A stretch of DNA of 64,000 bases from positions 434,001 through 498,000 of the forward strand of contig OZ218962.1 of NCBI GenBank assembly GCA_965112735.1. The letters run 5' to 3'. Source of the stretch: Phaeosaccion multiseriatum (taxonomy: Eukaryota > Protista > Ochrophyta, other classes). Below, one piece after another: positions 12,211 through 24,597 of the stretch. A program made the translations under genes and the position numbers. Numbering within the stretch: position 1 is the stretch's first letter; each line of letters opens with the position of its first letter. The notes beneath the pieces are model-generated. The model saw nothing but the letters and a program-made list of their open reading frames with translations. It ran no database searches and was not told the DNA's origin.

Positions 12211-15200
12211 ATGGCCACGGACAACAAGTACGATCGGCAGCTGCGCCTATGGGGGGCAAGAGGGCAGGAGGCACTGATGAATGCACACATCTTGCTCATC
12301 AATGCAGGGGCGGCGGGCACAGAGACGCTCAAAAATTTGGTGAGCAGAAGAGGGCGGAGGGGGGGGAATGAGGGATCAATAATAATGAGGAGAGAGGGAG
12401 ACGAAGTTGTGGTGTGGGAGAGAGTGTAGGGATGTACTGGACTCGGTCTAGTCGGAGGAAGAGCAGTGGTTCTTTCGCGTTCTCGTGCTGCTTGTTGCTA
12501 TCATCCCCGGACATTTACCAAAGAGTTTGCTTTGCCGCGCAGCTTGCTGCTGCTGCTGCTAGACCACCTCTCTTGCTTCCCCTTGAACCACCCCTGTTGT
12601 ACTGATTCTTCTCTAATACCTCTACCTAACCGCTGCCATTCATGCCCTGCTGCCCTCCCCAGGTTCTGCCCGGAGTGGGCGAGTTCACTGTGCTGGACAA
12701 CGCCCTCACCACCGCTGCTGACTTGGGCAACAACTTCTTCGTCACCAGGGAGAGCGTGGGTGCGTTTGTGTGTGTGTGTATGTGTGTAGTCTCGCACGCC
12801 TGAGGGGGGGGGGGCGAGGGGCGAGGGGAGGGGGGGGGGCAAGCCCGACGGGAAGGACGAGGATACACACAACACACAGAGAGAGTCTCACCTCCACTCT
12901 ACTCCTCTCCCTCACCCCTGGCCATCATTCCCTCTCTCTCTCTCTTCTCTCTCTCGCGTGTGTGGCCCGTACAGGCCTGTCCAGAGCTGAGGAAACGTGC
13001 AAGCTCCTCTGTGAGATGAACCCAGACGTGAAGGGGCACTCACGAGTGGGCGACGCGGCAGACCTGCTGGTCTCCGAGCCGGCATTCTTCACCGGCTTTA
13101 CACTCATCGTGGCGTCACAGATGGCGGTGGGCAGTCTGCAGGAGCTCGGCAGGCAGTGCTGGGCCAACAACGTGCCCCTGTTGGTGGTACGGAGCTTCGG
13201 CCTGTTGGGGGTGGTGCGGCTGCAGCTCCGGGAGCACGAGGTTGTGGACACGAAGCCCGACAACGACAGACAGGTGAGGAGGGGGCAGGGGCAGAGGGAG
13301 GGGGGAGGGGAAGGGGAGGGGAAGGAGGGAGTGTCGTGGGCGCGGAGAGTAAAATCCCCCCCGCTCCTTCCTCGTGGGGAGGGGGGGGGCGTTCAAAATG
13401 TCTGAGGCCGAAGCTTCCCCCACCACCTGTGTGCGTGCGTGCATGTGTGTGTGCGTATGTATGTGTGTGCGTGTGTGTATGTGTGTGTGTGTGTGTGCGT
13501 GTGTGTTTGTATGTGTGTGTATGTGTGTGCGTGTGTTTGCCAACTCACTGCCCATTGCCCTCCCTCCCCACTCCCAGGACCTCCGCATATCGCGGCCCTG
13601 GCCCGAGCTGCAACAGCTCTGTACCGGATGCGACCTCAGCCAGCTCGACGGCAAGGACCACGCACATACGCCATTTGTGATTCTGCTCCAGCAGGCGTTA
13701 CAGAACTGGATGGCACTGAACGGCGGCGCTGCCCCGCAGACCTTTGCGGACAAGCAGCGCTTCAAGGACAGTGTCAAGGCCATGGCCAGGGACTACGACG
13801 ATGAGGTACGTGTGTTGGTGATGCAGCAGTATGTGTGTGTATGTGTGTGTGTGTGGGAGGGTGGGTACGTGTTTATGCACCGCTCCTCCCTCATTCTGCG
13901 CGACACTCCCCCCCCCCCTGCCCCAAGCAGCTGAACTTCCAGGAGGCCTACGACAACGCCTACAAGGCCTACGCACCTCCCTGCCTTCCCTCCGAAGTAA
14001 CGGAGGTGCTGCAGGACGACAAAACCACAAACCTCTCCAAAGACGCCTCCCACTTCCGAGTAAGTCAACAAACCAACAAATGGCACGCGCCATACCAATT
14101 GCAATGCCATTCGAACGCAACCCTCTCACCCCACCTCTCCACACCACTCACTGCGTGCCATCCCCTGCCATCCCAATCCCCTCTTACCTGCGCTATTTGT
14201 GTGTACTTCTCTTGTTGCCTGGCCTTGCCCACGGCCCTGCCCCCCCCCTCCACTGCCATGCCCTGCCATCCTCTGCCATCCTCTACCATCCACTGCCGTC
14301 CACTGCCACCACCCCTGTGTGACGGAGCACAGATCCTGGCACGAGCAGTGTCAGACTTTATGGCAGACCAATCTCCTCTGACGGGCGGAGGGGGCCTGCC
14401 TCCCCTGGCGGGAGATATACCTGACATGACCTCGGACACCGACCGTTTCATAGCGTTACAGAAGGTGTATCAGGCCAAAGCGGAGAGGGACAGAGAGGCC
14501 ATCAAGGGCAAGGTCAGACTGCTGCTCGAGAGGTCAGTGGAGGAGGGGAGGGGGCGATGGAGGGGAGGAGGGGAGGGAGGGAGGGATGGAGGGGAGGGGG
14601 GAGGGAGGCAGGAACGGAGGAAAGGGAGGGGGGAAAGGCGGGAGGACGGGAGGAGGTGGGGAGGGAGGGGAGGGGGGGGGAGACGGGAGGTAGGGAGGGG
14701 GGGAGGGCGAGGGGTTGGGAGGGAGGGAGGGAAGGGGGGGGGTGGGAGGTAGGTAGGGAGGGAGGGAGGTCGGCAGGCAGAGCAGTCCCTCCTCTCGGCT
14801 TGGCAAGTCCCTACGAGTGGACACACAGAGAGAGAGAGAGAGAGAGAAGAGAGCTTTGAGCTATCATCGCTTGGCCCTTCTCATCTGTCGTGCAGCAGCA
14901 GTAGCAGTTGGTGATACAGCAGCAGCAGTAGCAGCAGCAGTAGCATCACCGTGTTCCAACACCCGCCCCTCGGACACTATGGCCTCCACTTAATGTCCCC
15001 CCTGCTTTCTCTCCCTCCCTCCCTCCCTCCCTTCCTTCCTTCCTTCCTTCCTTCCTTCCTTGCTTTCTCCCTTCCTCCCCCCCCCTGCTCTCCTCCTCCT
15101 CCTCCTCCTCCTCCTCCTCCTCCTCCTCCTCCTCCTCCTCCTCCTTCTCCTCCTCCTCCTTCTCCTCCTCCTCCTCCTCCTCCTCCTCCTCCTCCTCCTC

Positions 15201-16992
15201 CTCCTCCTCTTCCTGCTGCTGCTGCTCCGTACCACCAACTGTGATGCTGCTGTATCACCAACTCTCCAGCCTTGACCGCCCCGCCGACTCCATCCCCGCG
15301 GAGGATGTGGAGCACTTCTGCCGCAATGTGCAGAGCCTCGCCTTTGTGCACACAAGGCCTCTTGCAGAGGAGAGCAGCGCCCCAAACAGAGAAGAGATAC
15401 TGAGCGCTCTCGAGGACCCCTTCGATGTACGTAACGTTACGAGAGATTACGTAGTAGTGTCGTCATTGGATACACCCATGGATCCACACGCTCTTCCCTC
15501 TCTCTCTGTTTCTCCTTCTCTTTCCTTCTCTCTTTCTCTCCTCTCTCTCTTCCTCTCTTTCTCCTTTTCTCTCTTCCTCTCCTTCTCTCTCTTGCTTGCC
15601 CATTGTCCTATCCCCACAGTTGAATGTGTGTGTGTGTTGCTCTGCTTCTGACCCACTCGACTCGTTTCCTTCCATATACCTCTGCATGTACACACACGTG
15701 CAGCCCCCAGAACAAACGCCCGCAGTGTGGTACCTCGCTCTCAGAGGGGTCGACCGCTTCGAAGCCAAGCACGGGTGAGAGTGAGAGGGGATGGTAGCGG
15801 ATGGGGAGAGGAGAGGAGGGGAGGGGGTAAGATGAGTGGGGAGAAGAGAGGAGGGGAGAGAGCATGTGAAAGAGGGGGGCATAGAAGGATGGATCGCACT
15901 GAGGGGTGGCAAAGAAAAGAGGAGAGGAGAGAGGAGGGGGATAGAGTATGTTCAGTGGTGGGAGAAAAGAGGAGAGAAGCGAAGAGGGACCAGAAAGAGG
16001 ATGGGATGGGAGAAGAGGAGAGAAGGGACAGGCGGGAAAGCACTCCTCGTGAGAAGATGAACTAGTTTTAGTTTACAGACGGCCCTAACATTAGTCTCTC
16101 TTTGTGCTCTCTAGTCTCTCATCTTCTACCTCTCTGTGTCCATGTCTCCCTCCCAACGCTCTCCTCCCTCTCCCTCTTTCCTTCTCTCTGCCTTCCTCTC
16201 TGGCTCCCCCTCTTTCCCTCCCTCGCCCCCCTCTCTCACTCTCTGTCTGCCCAACGACACCTAAACTCACCCCCCAGACGCCTGCCTGGAGAGGAGGACT
16301 CAACCGTAACGGCAGACGGAATGAATCTGTGGTCCGAGATCCGAGCCTTCCTCAAAGACGCGGACATCCAAACAGACGCCCTGACGTGAGTGAGCGAGGG
16401 GGGCCCCCGATCACATGTTGTTGGGCCTCCTCTCCCTCCTTCCCTCCGTTCCTGCCTTCATCCCTCCCTCCCTACCTCCGCCCTCTCTCCCTCTCTCCCG
16501 CCCTCACTGCCTGCCTGCCTGCCTGCCGGCCTGCCTGCCTCCCTCCCTCCCTCCCCCCTCCGTCCCTCCCTCCGTCTCTCTCTCGGCATGATGCTCAAAC
16601 AAAAAGCGTTTTTTTTTTTGTTCTCTCTGTCAGCTTCAGTCGCTACGATGCTGCACCTTTTCCCCCCACATCCCACCCCTCATCTCTTCCCCACCCTGCC
16701 CCACAGTATCTCCTTCCCACCCTCTCCCTCACCGCCTCTGCCCCCCCCTCTAACCGTTCCAACCCTTGTTCGTCCCCTTGGGTCTCGTTACCTATTGCTT
16801 GTATCCGACAGCAAGAAGCATGCCCTGGAGCTGACGCGCTACGGAGGAGTGGAGCTGCACACCATTGCTTCTGTGGTGGGGGGCATCGCTTCGCAGGAGG
16901 CCGTGAAGGTCATCACGAAGCAATACATGCCCATCAACAACACCGTGGTCTTCAACGGCATTGCAGGCGTCGTCAGCGCCATGGAGCTGTAG
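12211..16992 (+). CDS. NAE1: NEDD8-activating enzyme E1 regulatory subunit (APPBP1/AXR1/Ula1), multi-exon
   Basis: Starts '[15 protein letters not shown]...AGTETLKNL|VLPGVGEFT'. Internal: '[10 protein letters not shown]', '[11 protein letters not shown]', 'HAHTPF', '[15 protein letters not shown]'. Ends '[39 protein letters not shown]...EL*'. Confidence 0.95.
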
Positions 16993-17510
16993 TTTCGTGT
17001 TGCTGTGCTCTCCTGTCTGTGGTGTTGTGAAGGTGTGGCTATGTGGCTGTGCTCTCTCTGTAGTTGTGTAGCACTGCCCTCTTTCTGCGTTTCTGTGTGT
17101 TGAGTTGGGAGCTCATTTGGAAGGGCTCTTGCCTAGTTGGGTCGGCTCTGCAGTGCTTATGTAGATCAGAGGAGCTGGAGCAGCAGCAGCAGCGGCGGCG
17201 GCTGCAGGAGGAGGAGCTCTGCTGGTTGTGGAGAAGCGTCGAACGCCTAGCCAATTGCTTAGGGCCGGGCCCGCTACGATTTGAAGTCGTAGTGCGAGCC
17301 TATAGCCCCTCGGCAGCCCCTCCAGCCCATGGCTTTTGTATCTACAATTAATTCAACCCATAGCTGTCTACAATTAATTTAAACATCCTTTGCGCCATTA
17401 GTTAAACAATACTTTTGCGCTTATAAGTTTAGACAATAATGTTTCCTCACCCCCCATGTGTTCTCGTGTCCTCGCGTGCCTCTCTTTCCAATCCTTTGCG
17501 GTGTAAGTTA

Positions 17511-18752
17511 TTAAACAACACTTTTCTTATGTCCCCTGTGTCCTCGCAGTCCCCTCTTCCTATCATTCGCTTGCATCGAGACCTTGATAATATCCTCGCT
17601 CTCCTTCTTCATTGCCTTGGTCAGCTTCTGCTTGTTCTTCTTCTCCTGTGCGGCTCCGATCAAGGCCGAAAGTGTGACGGTATCGGATGGGGAAGGAGCC
17701 GTCCCGGGGGTGACCCAGTCAACCGTACCTTCGATGCTTTCAAGTGCGTAGAGGCTGGCGGCGTGCTCGCATTGGGCTTTGGAGCCCAACGACACAAGCC
17801 ACATCGATCCGAGCAAACTGTGCACGTAAAGCGCCGCCCCACTCTTGTCGGTCAGCTCGGTGCAGCGGCGCATCAACTCTGCGGCGAAGTCGTCGCAGCG
17901 ATGAAACTCCATCACCTCGTCGTTCGGCAGTTTCGTCGTCCAATGAGCTCTCGTTCCTGCTCCGGCGACAGGGACGCGAGCCTTGTTCACAAGCCTTCGG
18001 AGTGTGGCCTCGGCAAAGGCTTTGTCGACCAATTTGATGCTCTGCAGTTTCGCTCGAAACGCCATCACTGCGGCAGCCACGGAAGCTCTCCCGCCGAAGA
18101 ATTCAAAAATGAAGACCGTATCGTCGGTATAACTCGTAGCACGATTGATTTTAACGTTGTGCTTCACCTCGAGTTCCTTTATATAGTGTCCGTTGGTGCC
18201 GATCAAGCGATTCCCTCGGCTGTGGTCACACTGAATATCGTCCTTGGGCGTCTTGTCAATCAACCCCTTGGGGAGTATCGACTCCTGGCTCTGGATTGTC
18301 CTTCTCTTCTGCTCCTGCGCGTACGTCTCCTGCTTCTTCTTCTTCGTCTTCTTGTCGCTCGTCGTCGCACTCGTTGTTGGTGGTATCGGATTGGGCTTGG
18401 ACTTCAAATTCTTGTTGCGCACCCCCGACTTGCTGAGCTTCGTGACGCGATTCAAGCCGAAGCCAGTTCCAGGAGCAGCACCCTCTGACTGGCCAATTGA
18501 AGTAGTAGGAGTGGCATGCACAACAGGCTCCTCCTGAGAAGAGGGGGTGCCCTCCGAGCAAGAAGAAGAAGAAGAAGAAGAAGAAGAAGAAGAAGAAGAA
18601 GGAGGAGGAGGAGCTGCACACAACACGCGCTCCTGTTCATTGGGGGGTTCGGGGCGTTCATTCATCGTCTTCGACTTCTTATGGTGCCTCGGCTTGTTTC
18701 GCTTCTGTCGTCGGCTCCTCGCACGGCCCCCTGCTGCGCCACTCTTCGCCAT
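17511..18752 (-). CDS. Intronless protein with one KH-like (RNA-binding) domain and basic low-complexity termini
   Basis: 413-aa ORF. 'NRLIGTNGHYIKELEVKHNVKI...FFGGRASVAAA' matches the KH I-G-x-x-G-x-x-I-K-x-L pattern. Confidence 0.6.
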   Translation of the reverse strand: MAKSGAAGGRARSRRQKRNKPRHHKKSKTMNERPEPPNEQERVLCAAPPPPSSSSSSSSSSSSSCSEGTPSSQEEPVVHATPTTSIGQSEGAAPGTGFGLNRVTKLSKSGVRNKNLKSKPNPIPPTTSATTSDKKTKKKKQETYAQEQKRRTIQSQESILPKGLIDKTPKDDIQCDHSRGNRLIGTNGHYIKELEVKHNVKINRATSYTDDTVFIFEFFGGRASVAAAVMAFRAKLQSIKLVDKAFAEATLRRLVNKARVPVAGAGTRAHWTTKLPNDEVMEFHRCDDFAAELMRRCTELTDKSGAALYVHSLLGSMWLVSLGSKAQCEHAASLYALESIEGTVDWVTPGTAPSPSDTVTLSALIGAAQEKKNKQKLTKAMKKESEDIIKVSMQANDRKRGLRGHRGHKKSVV

Positions 18753-19599
18753 GGTATCTCTTGTTTCCTTCCTCGACCTGGGGGACTTGCTTGAAGTGGA
18801 CTAGAGTGGGTGGGGAAGGAAGGGAATGGGCAGAAAAGGAGGGCGTTAAGTGATGCGGTTCATGCTGTACCGGCCGTCGAGCAGCTGCTCGAGCTGCCAA
18901 GAAGCAAATGAGAGAGCCGCGCGGCGTCAGCAGCCAGAGGCAGAGGGGGTGAAGAGAGGAGCTCAACAGCAAGTTAGGGGCTGAATGAGGGGCAGGGAGG
19001 AAGACAGAATTATGGCGTTATTAGAGACAGGGAAGCTCTAGTCTAAAGGTTCTAGGCACTAGTCTAGCGAGAGGGACGGAAAAAGAGAGAAAGATAAGGC
19101 AGAGGCTGGTTGCATGCGGAGAAAGATCAGAGTGAGTGGGCATTGGGTTGGCTGATTGCAGGCCCTGTCTAAGTCGCAGAGGCTCGCTCTATACAGAGCT
19201 ATGCTCACTTCTTTCCTTCGACGAGGTGGCTCTCAGATGATAATTGCTTTTGTACACTGCTTTCGCCTATTGCTACAGTGAATGATATCCCCGTGTCCGC
19301 TGTCCCCCGTTGGCTCCAATGATGTAGGTCTTACCTCAAGTCTTTGAGTTTGGTGAAAATGGATTTGATTGGAGTGGAAAAATCACGAAAGTCCCCGGTG
19401 GGTACTTGCCTACTTAGAGTAAAGCAGGGCTTTATCAGTTTCAATTTCAGCTCCAAATTTGGATTTCGATTCTATCCGATCGCCGGGCTGGACGAAGGCC
19501 GGGAGCGTTAGCAACACCAACAACAGCAGCAGCAACAGTAGCGGCGGTGGCAGCGGCGGCAGGAGGAGGAGGAGGAGGAGCTCCGCTGGTTGTGGAGAA

Positions 19600-21215
19600 G
19601 CGTCGAAGGCCTTGCCCTCGCTCTCCTTCCTCTGCCCGCCCTCCATCGCCTTGGGTCAGCTTCTGCTTCTTCTTCTTCTTCTTCTTCTTCTTCTTCTTCT
19701 TCTTCTTCTTCTTCTTCTTCTTCTTCTTCTTCTTCTTCTTCTTCTTCTTCTTCTTCTTCTTCTTCTTCTTCTTCTTCTTCTTCTTCTTCTTCTTCTTCTT
19801 CTTCTTCTTCTTCTTCTTCTTCTTCTTCTTCTTCTTCTTCTTCTTCTTCTTCTTCTTCTTCTTCTTCTTCTTCTTCTTCTTCTTCTTCTTCTTCTTCTTC
19901 TTCTTCTTCTTCTTCTTCTTCTTCTTCTTCTTCTTCTTCTTCTTCTTCTTCTTCTTCTTCTTCTTCTTCTTCTTCTTCTTCTTCTTCTTCTTCTTCTTCT
20001 TCTTCTTCTTCTTCTTCTTCTTCTTCTTCTTCTTCTTCTTCTTCTTCTTCTTCTTCTTCTTCTTCTTCTTCTTCTTCTTCTTCTTCTTCTTCTTCTTCTT
20101 CTTCTTCTTCTTCTTCTTCTTCTTCTTCTTCTTCTTCTTCTTCTTCTTCTTCTTCTTCTTCTTCTTCTTCTTCTTCTTCTTCTTCTTCTTCTTCTTCTTC
20201 TTCTTCTTCTTCTTCTTCTTCTTCTTCTTCTTCTTCTTCTTCTTCTTCTTCTTCTTCTTCTTCTTCTTCTTCTTCTTCTTCTTCTTCTTCTTCTTCTTCT
20301 TCTTCTTCTTCTTCTTCTTCTTCTTCTTCTTCTTCTTCTTCTTCTTCTTCTTCTTCTTCTTCTTCTTCTTCTTCTTCTTCTTCTTCTTCTTCTTCTTCTT
20401 CTTCTTCTTCTTCTTCTTCTTCTTCTTCTTCTTCTTCTTCTTCTTCTTCTTCTTCTTCTTCTTCTTCTTCTTCTTCTTCTTCTTCTTCTTCTTCTTCTTC
20501 TTCTTCTTCGTCTTCTTCTCCTGTGCGGCTCCGATCAAGGCCGAAAGTGTGACAGTATCGGATGGGGAAGGAGCCGTCCCGGGGGGGACCCAGTCAACCG
20601 TACCTTCGATGCTTTCAAGTGCGTAGAGGCTGGCGGCGTGCTCGCATTGGGCTTTGGAGCCCAACGACACAAGCCACATCGATCCGAGCAAACTGTGCAC
20701 GTAAAGCGCCGCCCCACTCTTGTCGGTCAGCTCGGTGCAGCGGCGCATCAACTCTGCGGCGAAGTCGTCGCAGCGATGAAACTCCATCACCTCGTCGTTC
20801 GGCAGTTTCGTCGTCCAATGAGCTCTCGTTCCTGCTCCGGCGGCAGGGACGCGAGCCTTGTTCACAAGCCCTCGGAGTGTGGCCTCGGCAAAGGCTTTGT
20901 CGACCAATTTGATGCTCTGCAGTTTCGCTCGAAACGCCGTCGCTGCCGCAGCCACGGAAGCTCTCCCGCCGAAGAATTCAAACATGAAGACCGTTTCGCC
21001 ACTAACACGAATGATTCAAGCCTCGTGCTTCACCTCGAGTTCTTTCAAATAGTGTCCATTGGTGCCGATCAAGTTGCGCCCCCGGCTGCAGTCACACTGA
21101 ATCACGACCTTGGGCGTCTTGTCAATGAACAACTTGGGGGGTATCGTCCCCCGGCGCTCAAATGTTCCTTCTCTCCTGCTCCTGCGCGTACGTCTCCTGC
21201 TGCTGCTTCTTCTTC
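19600..21215 (-). pseudogene. Decayed tandem paralogue of the KH-like gene
   Basis: 20510-20985 is nearly identical to 17635-18110. It has premature TGA codons at 21016-21018 and 21158-21160, a frameshift after 'QKLT', and a (GAA)n expansion inside the former CDS. Confidence 0.8.
19666..20509. repeat. Pure (CTT/GAA)n trinucleotide tract, ~844 bp (~281 units)
   Basis: Uninterrupted CTT run read directly from the sequence. Confidence 0.97.
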
Positions 21216-21855
21216 GTCTTCCTTCAGTTTCAATATCCTATCCCATATCAATATCCCATTTATGGTGTTCGGTATTGATAAATCTCCTAGAAATACCTTT
21301 TGCTGGAAGGCCGTGGGTCAGGTCAGCCAAGGCAGCCACTGCCCCCCCCCCCCTGGCGCCCCCGCCACGCGTGCCCTCCACCACCATCACCACCTCCCCT
21401 GCAGTCGTAGCTCCTCCATCCCTCCACCTCCTGCGTGATTGCGTACGTTGCGTGCGTGCGTGCACTAGTGCCTGCGTTCTTCCACTCTGCCAAGGGGCCT
21501 AATGATGTACATGATTAGCCCCCCTTGACTCTGCCCAAACCGTGTCAATCACCAGAGGTAGGGGAGGCAGGCAGCGCCCACCCATCGCTGTCCTCCGAGA
21601 CCGTCTTCCACTCCTCTCCCCCTTCCATGAAAGCTGCTCCACTCCACGGGCTTGTTGGGATGGCTGGTCTGGAGGGTGTCGGTCGATGGAGGGCTGACGT
21701 TGGCCTGGGTGGTCGTTGGGTAGTCAGTCAATGGCTGCTGCCACCTCCCCCCCTGTGGCACAGGATTCACCCCGTCCCACTTCCTACCCACTTCCTACTG
21801 AGCAGTAGACACCACTAGACGGGCTGGACAAAGATCGGGAGCCCTAGCAACACCA

Positions 21856-21890
<35 letters not shown>

Positions 21891-22623
21891 CGATTCATCC
21901 TAAGGCCAATCGAAGCGCATCGTATGGCTCGGGTTTGCCTGTGCCTAGCGTCGCCTTGGCAGCTGCCGGCGACGGCCCGGCGAGGCTCCTGAGGCTCCTT
22001 TTGTCCAAAGATAGCACATACACACACAGTCGCCAGCCGCCAGTCATGCGCAGGCCACCAAGCAGGCCGGCCGGCAGGCAGGCAGACAGGTAGTAGGCAC
22101 CCGAGCAGGCTCCCAGTGAAGTGCACACACACACAGGGGAGGGAGGAAGGCGAGGAGCAAATACCCTGGCACTGTGCTGCGAGGGAGTGCAGCTATCCGA
22201 GACGCGAGCCGCCCATCCCCCCATTGTCGCCGTGGCTCCTCCTCCCACCCTTATCCCACTTGCTGTCCTCTTCCCACCGCTGTGTTTGCTTGCTGCCCTC
22301 TTGCTACTCCTGTGTCTCCTTGCTGTCCTATTCCCCCCGTTTCTTCCGCAGCTGTCTATGACAACACCACGCCCTCTTCTCCCCCCACAACGCCGCTCCC
22401 CTGGGTCGTCGCTTCCACCCCGGGGCCCGTCACTGGAGCGTCGACGTCACCCCTCGGACAGGGGTTGATGAGTTCAGGGGGAAAGTCGGGATAGTTGGAG
22501 AGATACATGGATGCGCCGCGAGGGGTAAAACAGCTCCGGCAGTTCCGCAGTTGGAAGACGTGGCAGTGGCTGGAGGTATAAAGGCAGGCAGGTTATGACG
22601 TGTTATGACGTGGAGAGAGAAAG

Positions 22624-22667
<44 letters not shown>

Positions 22668-22987
22668 GGGCAAAGAAGAGAGGCGTGAGGGAAGGCGGGA
22701 AACAGCGCTCACCGGCGCATCTGTGGAAAAATGAAAGCAAGCCCCCACCCAAGGAAGAGGAAGGAAGAAGCGTCACAGGCAAGTAGGCCGACAGGAAAGC
22801 ACCTCCTTTGGCTTCCCACCCAACCCAACGATCGATCGATCGGGCTGGGTTGTGAAAGACGAACAAAATGGGCCATCCTCTCCCTCACTCCCTCCCACTC
22901 CACCAACCATGCCAACAGCACCAAACTTCGTCTTCCAAACCCCTATCTATAATCACCACTGAAAACAACAAGAAGTACAGTAAGCAC

Positions 22988-23424
22988 TTACAGGCCTCCG
23001 AAGTCCGGCCTGAGCCCCGAGCAGGAGGGGTCGCATGTAACCTCTCTACCCCACAGGGCCAGATAGGCACTCTGTCCGTCGCTCAGCTCTGCCTCACATT
23101 CGCTGGTGCTGCCGCAAGGGGCGCCGCCCGACAGGCCTCGCACGGAGGAGCCGCCTCTTCGCTCTGTCGGTCCGCGTCTGGAGCTGCTACTACTACTACT
23201 ACTACTGCTGCTGCTGCTCCTACTGCTGCTGCTTGAGGATGGGACGCCCGCCTTGCGCTGCTCTCGCCGCTGCTGCTGCATCGCTAACTGCTGCTGGTAC
23301 CGGGCCTCGCCCAAGGCTGCAGAGACGGCTGCTGCCGCCGCTGTTTCCGCCGCTGTCGAGGCCTCAGCCGCAGAAGAGACCCTGAGCTCAGGCGTGCGGT
23401 CCACCTTGCCCCCACTTGCTCGCG

Positions 23425-23462
<38 letters not shown>

Positions 23463-24067
23463 CCATCCCGCCGGGTCACTTGCTCCTTCGCCTGCCTGTC
23501 CCTCTCCTCCTTCAGCCTCTTGCGCTCGTCCCTCCTCGCCTCGTCCTCCCTCTTCCTCTTCTCCTTCCTGCGCCTCTTATCCTCCTGTTCCACCTGGTAC
23601 AAATAGGCCTTGCGCAATCCCCGCACAGTCTTGCCTCCCTCCAGCGTCACCTTGCATGCTACACCATCGTACAGGGACTTGCCCCCCCACTCGCAGTAGC
23701 GGCAAGTGGCTTTGTCTCCCACGCCGCAGCCGGGCCCTCCCTCGTTGTTGAGCACGCATGCTTCATCGTTGAAGCACGGCCTCTCCCAGGTACACATGGG
23801 ATGGCAAAATGCTTCAGCAGCGTTCGACCCTAACCTTCCTCCTGCTGCTGTTCCTCCTCTTTCACCACCAGCAGCAGCCCCGAACTCCGGCTGCTGCTGC
23901 TCCACGTCCCAGCCCTCTCCACTAATCTTTGATTGGTATTCTTGAATCTCTTCACAGCTAATATGGGAAAAGATGCCCGCGTTGCACCACCTGAGATGCA
24001 AAGAAGTAGGTGGTTGCCACATAAGAATAGAAGCCAGACCGGAGCGCAGCTGACTCGGGCGGACTGG

Positions 24068-24121
<54 letters not shown>

Positions 24122-24393
24122 TCTTACCTGCAGTTGAGCATACCCCCCGCGTTGCAGCCCGCCAGCGCTCCCCACTGCAGGGTACATCTGGTGTCCTTCA
24201 GGCAGGGTCGCTCAGCTGAGCACCTGGAGGGGCACTCGTAATCTTCCTGAGGATTTGGCTCATCTGTTGCTGCTGCTTGTGCTTCTCCTTCTGCTGGGGA
24301 TGATCCGCTGCCAACGCCCCCCCCCTGATTCCCACAAGCCACCTCGAGGGAGAGCAGCAGCACAATCAGGTGGAGCAAGAGACGGAGCGACAT
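22988..24393 (-). CDS. Predicted secreted protein with two 8-cysteine repeats and a charged/poly-Q tail
   Basis: Signal-like start 'MSLRLLLHLIVLLLSLEVACG'. The intron 24127-23991 (GTAAGA...CAG) joins 'GMLNCR|WC'. Two C-x3-C-x2-ERPC-x5-C...GC...CR[WY]C...C units follow. Confidence 0.7.
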
Positions 24394-24597
24394 CGCCGCG
24401 TCGCAAGGGCGAGGAGAAAGGGCGAGAGAGAGTGGAGGCGGCCGGCGGCGGCCGCCGATCCTTCTCATTGACATACTTCTAAACGATCTCTAAAAACCTG
24501 GATAGAGCGGAGCAACAGATGAGGGGTCCGAGAGGGATCATCTGAGAGGGGTGGCCCTCTGGTTCTCCCTTCCTCTTATAGAAATCCGCAGTGAGCC

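Noticed and set aside
14904-14920. The TATCACC core of the dispersed word resembles a lambda operator half-site
   Set aside because: There is no palindromic partner half-site and no phage genes; a 7-nt match is uninformative.
19459-21438. Long poly-Leu, poly-Phe, poly-Ser and poly-Lys ORFs
   Set aside because: They are artefacts of the stop-free (CTT)n tract; the underlying gene copy has upstream stops.
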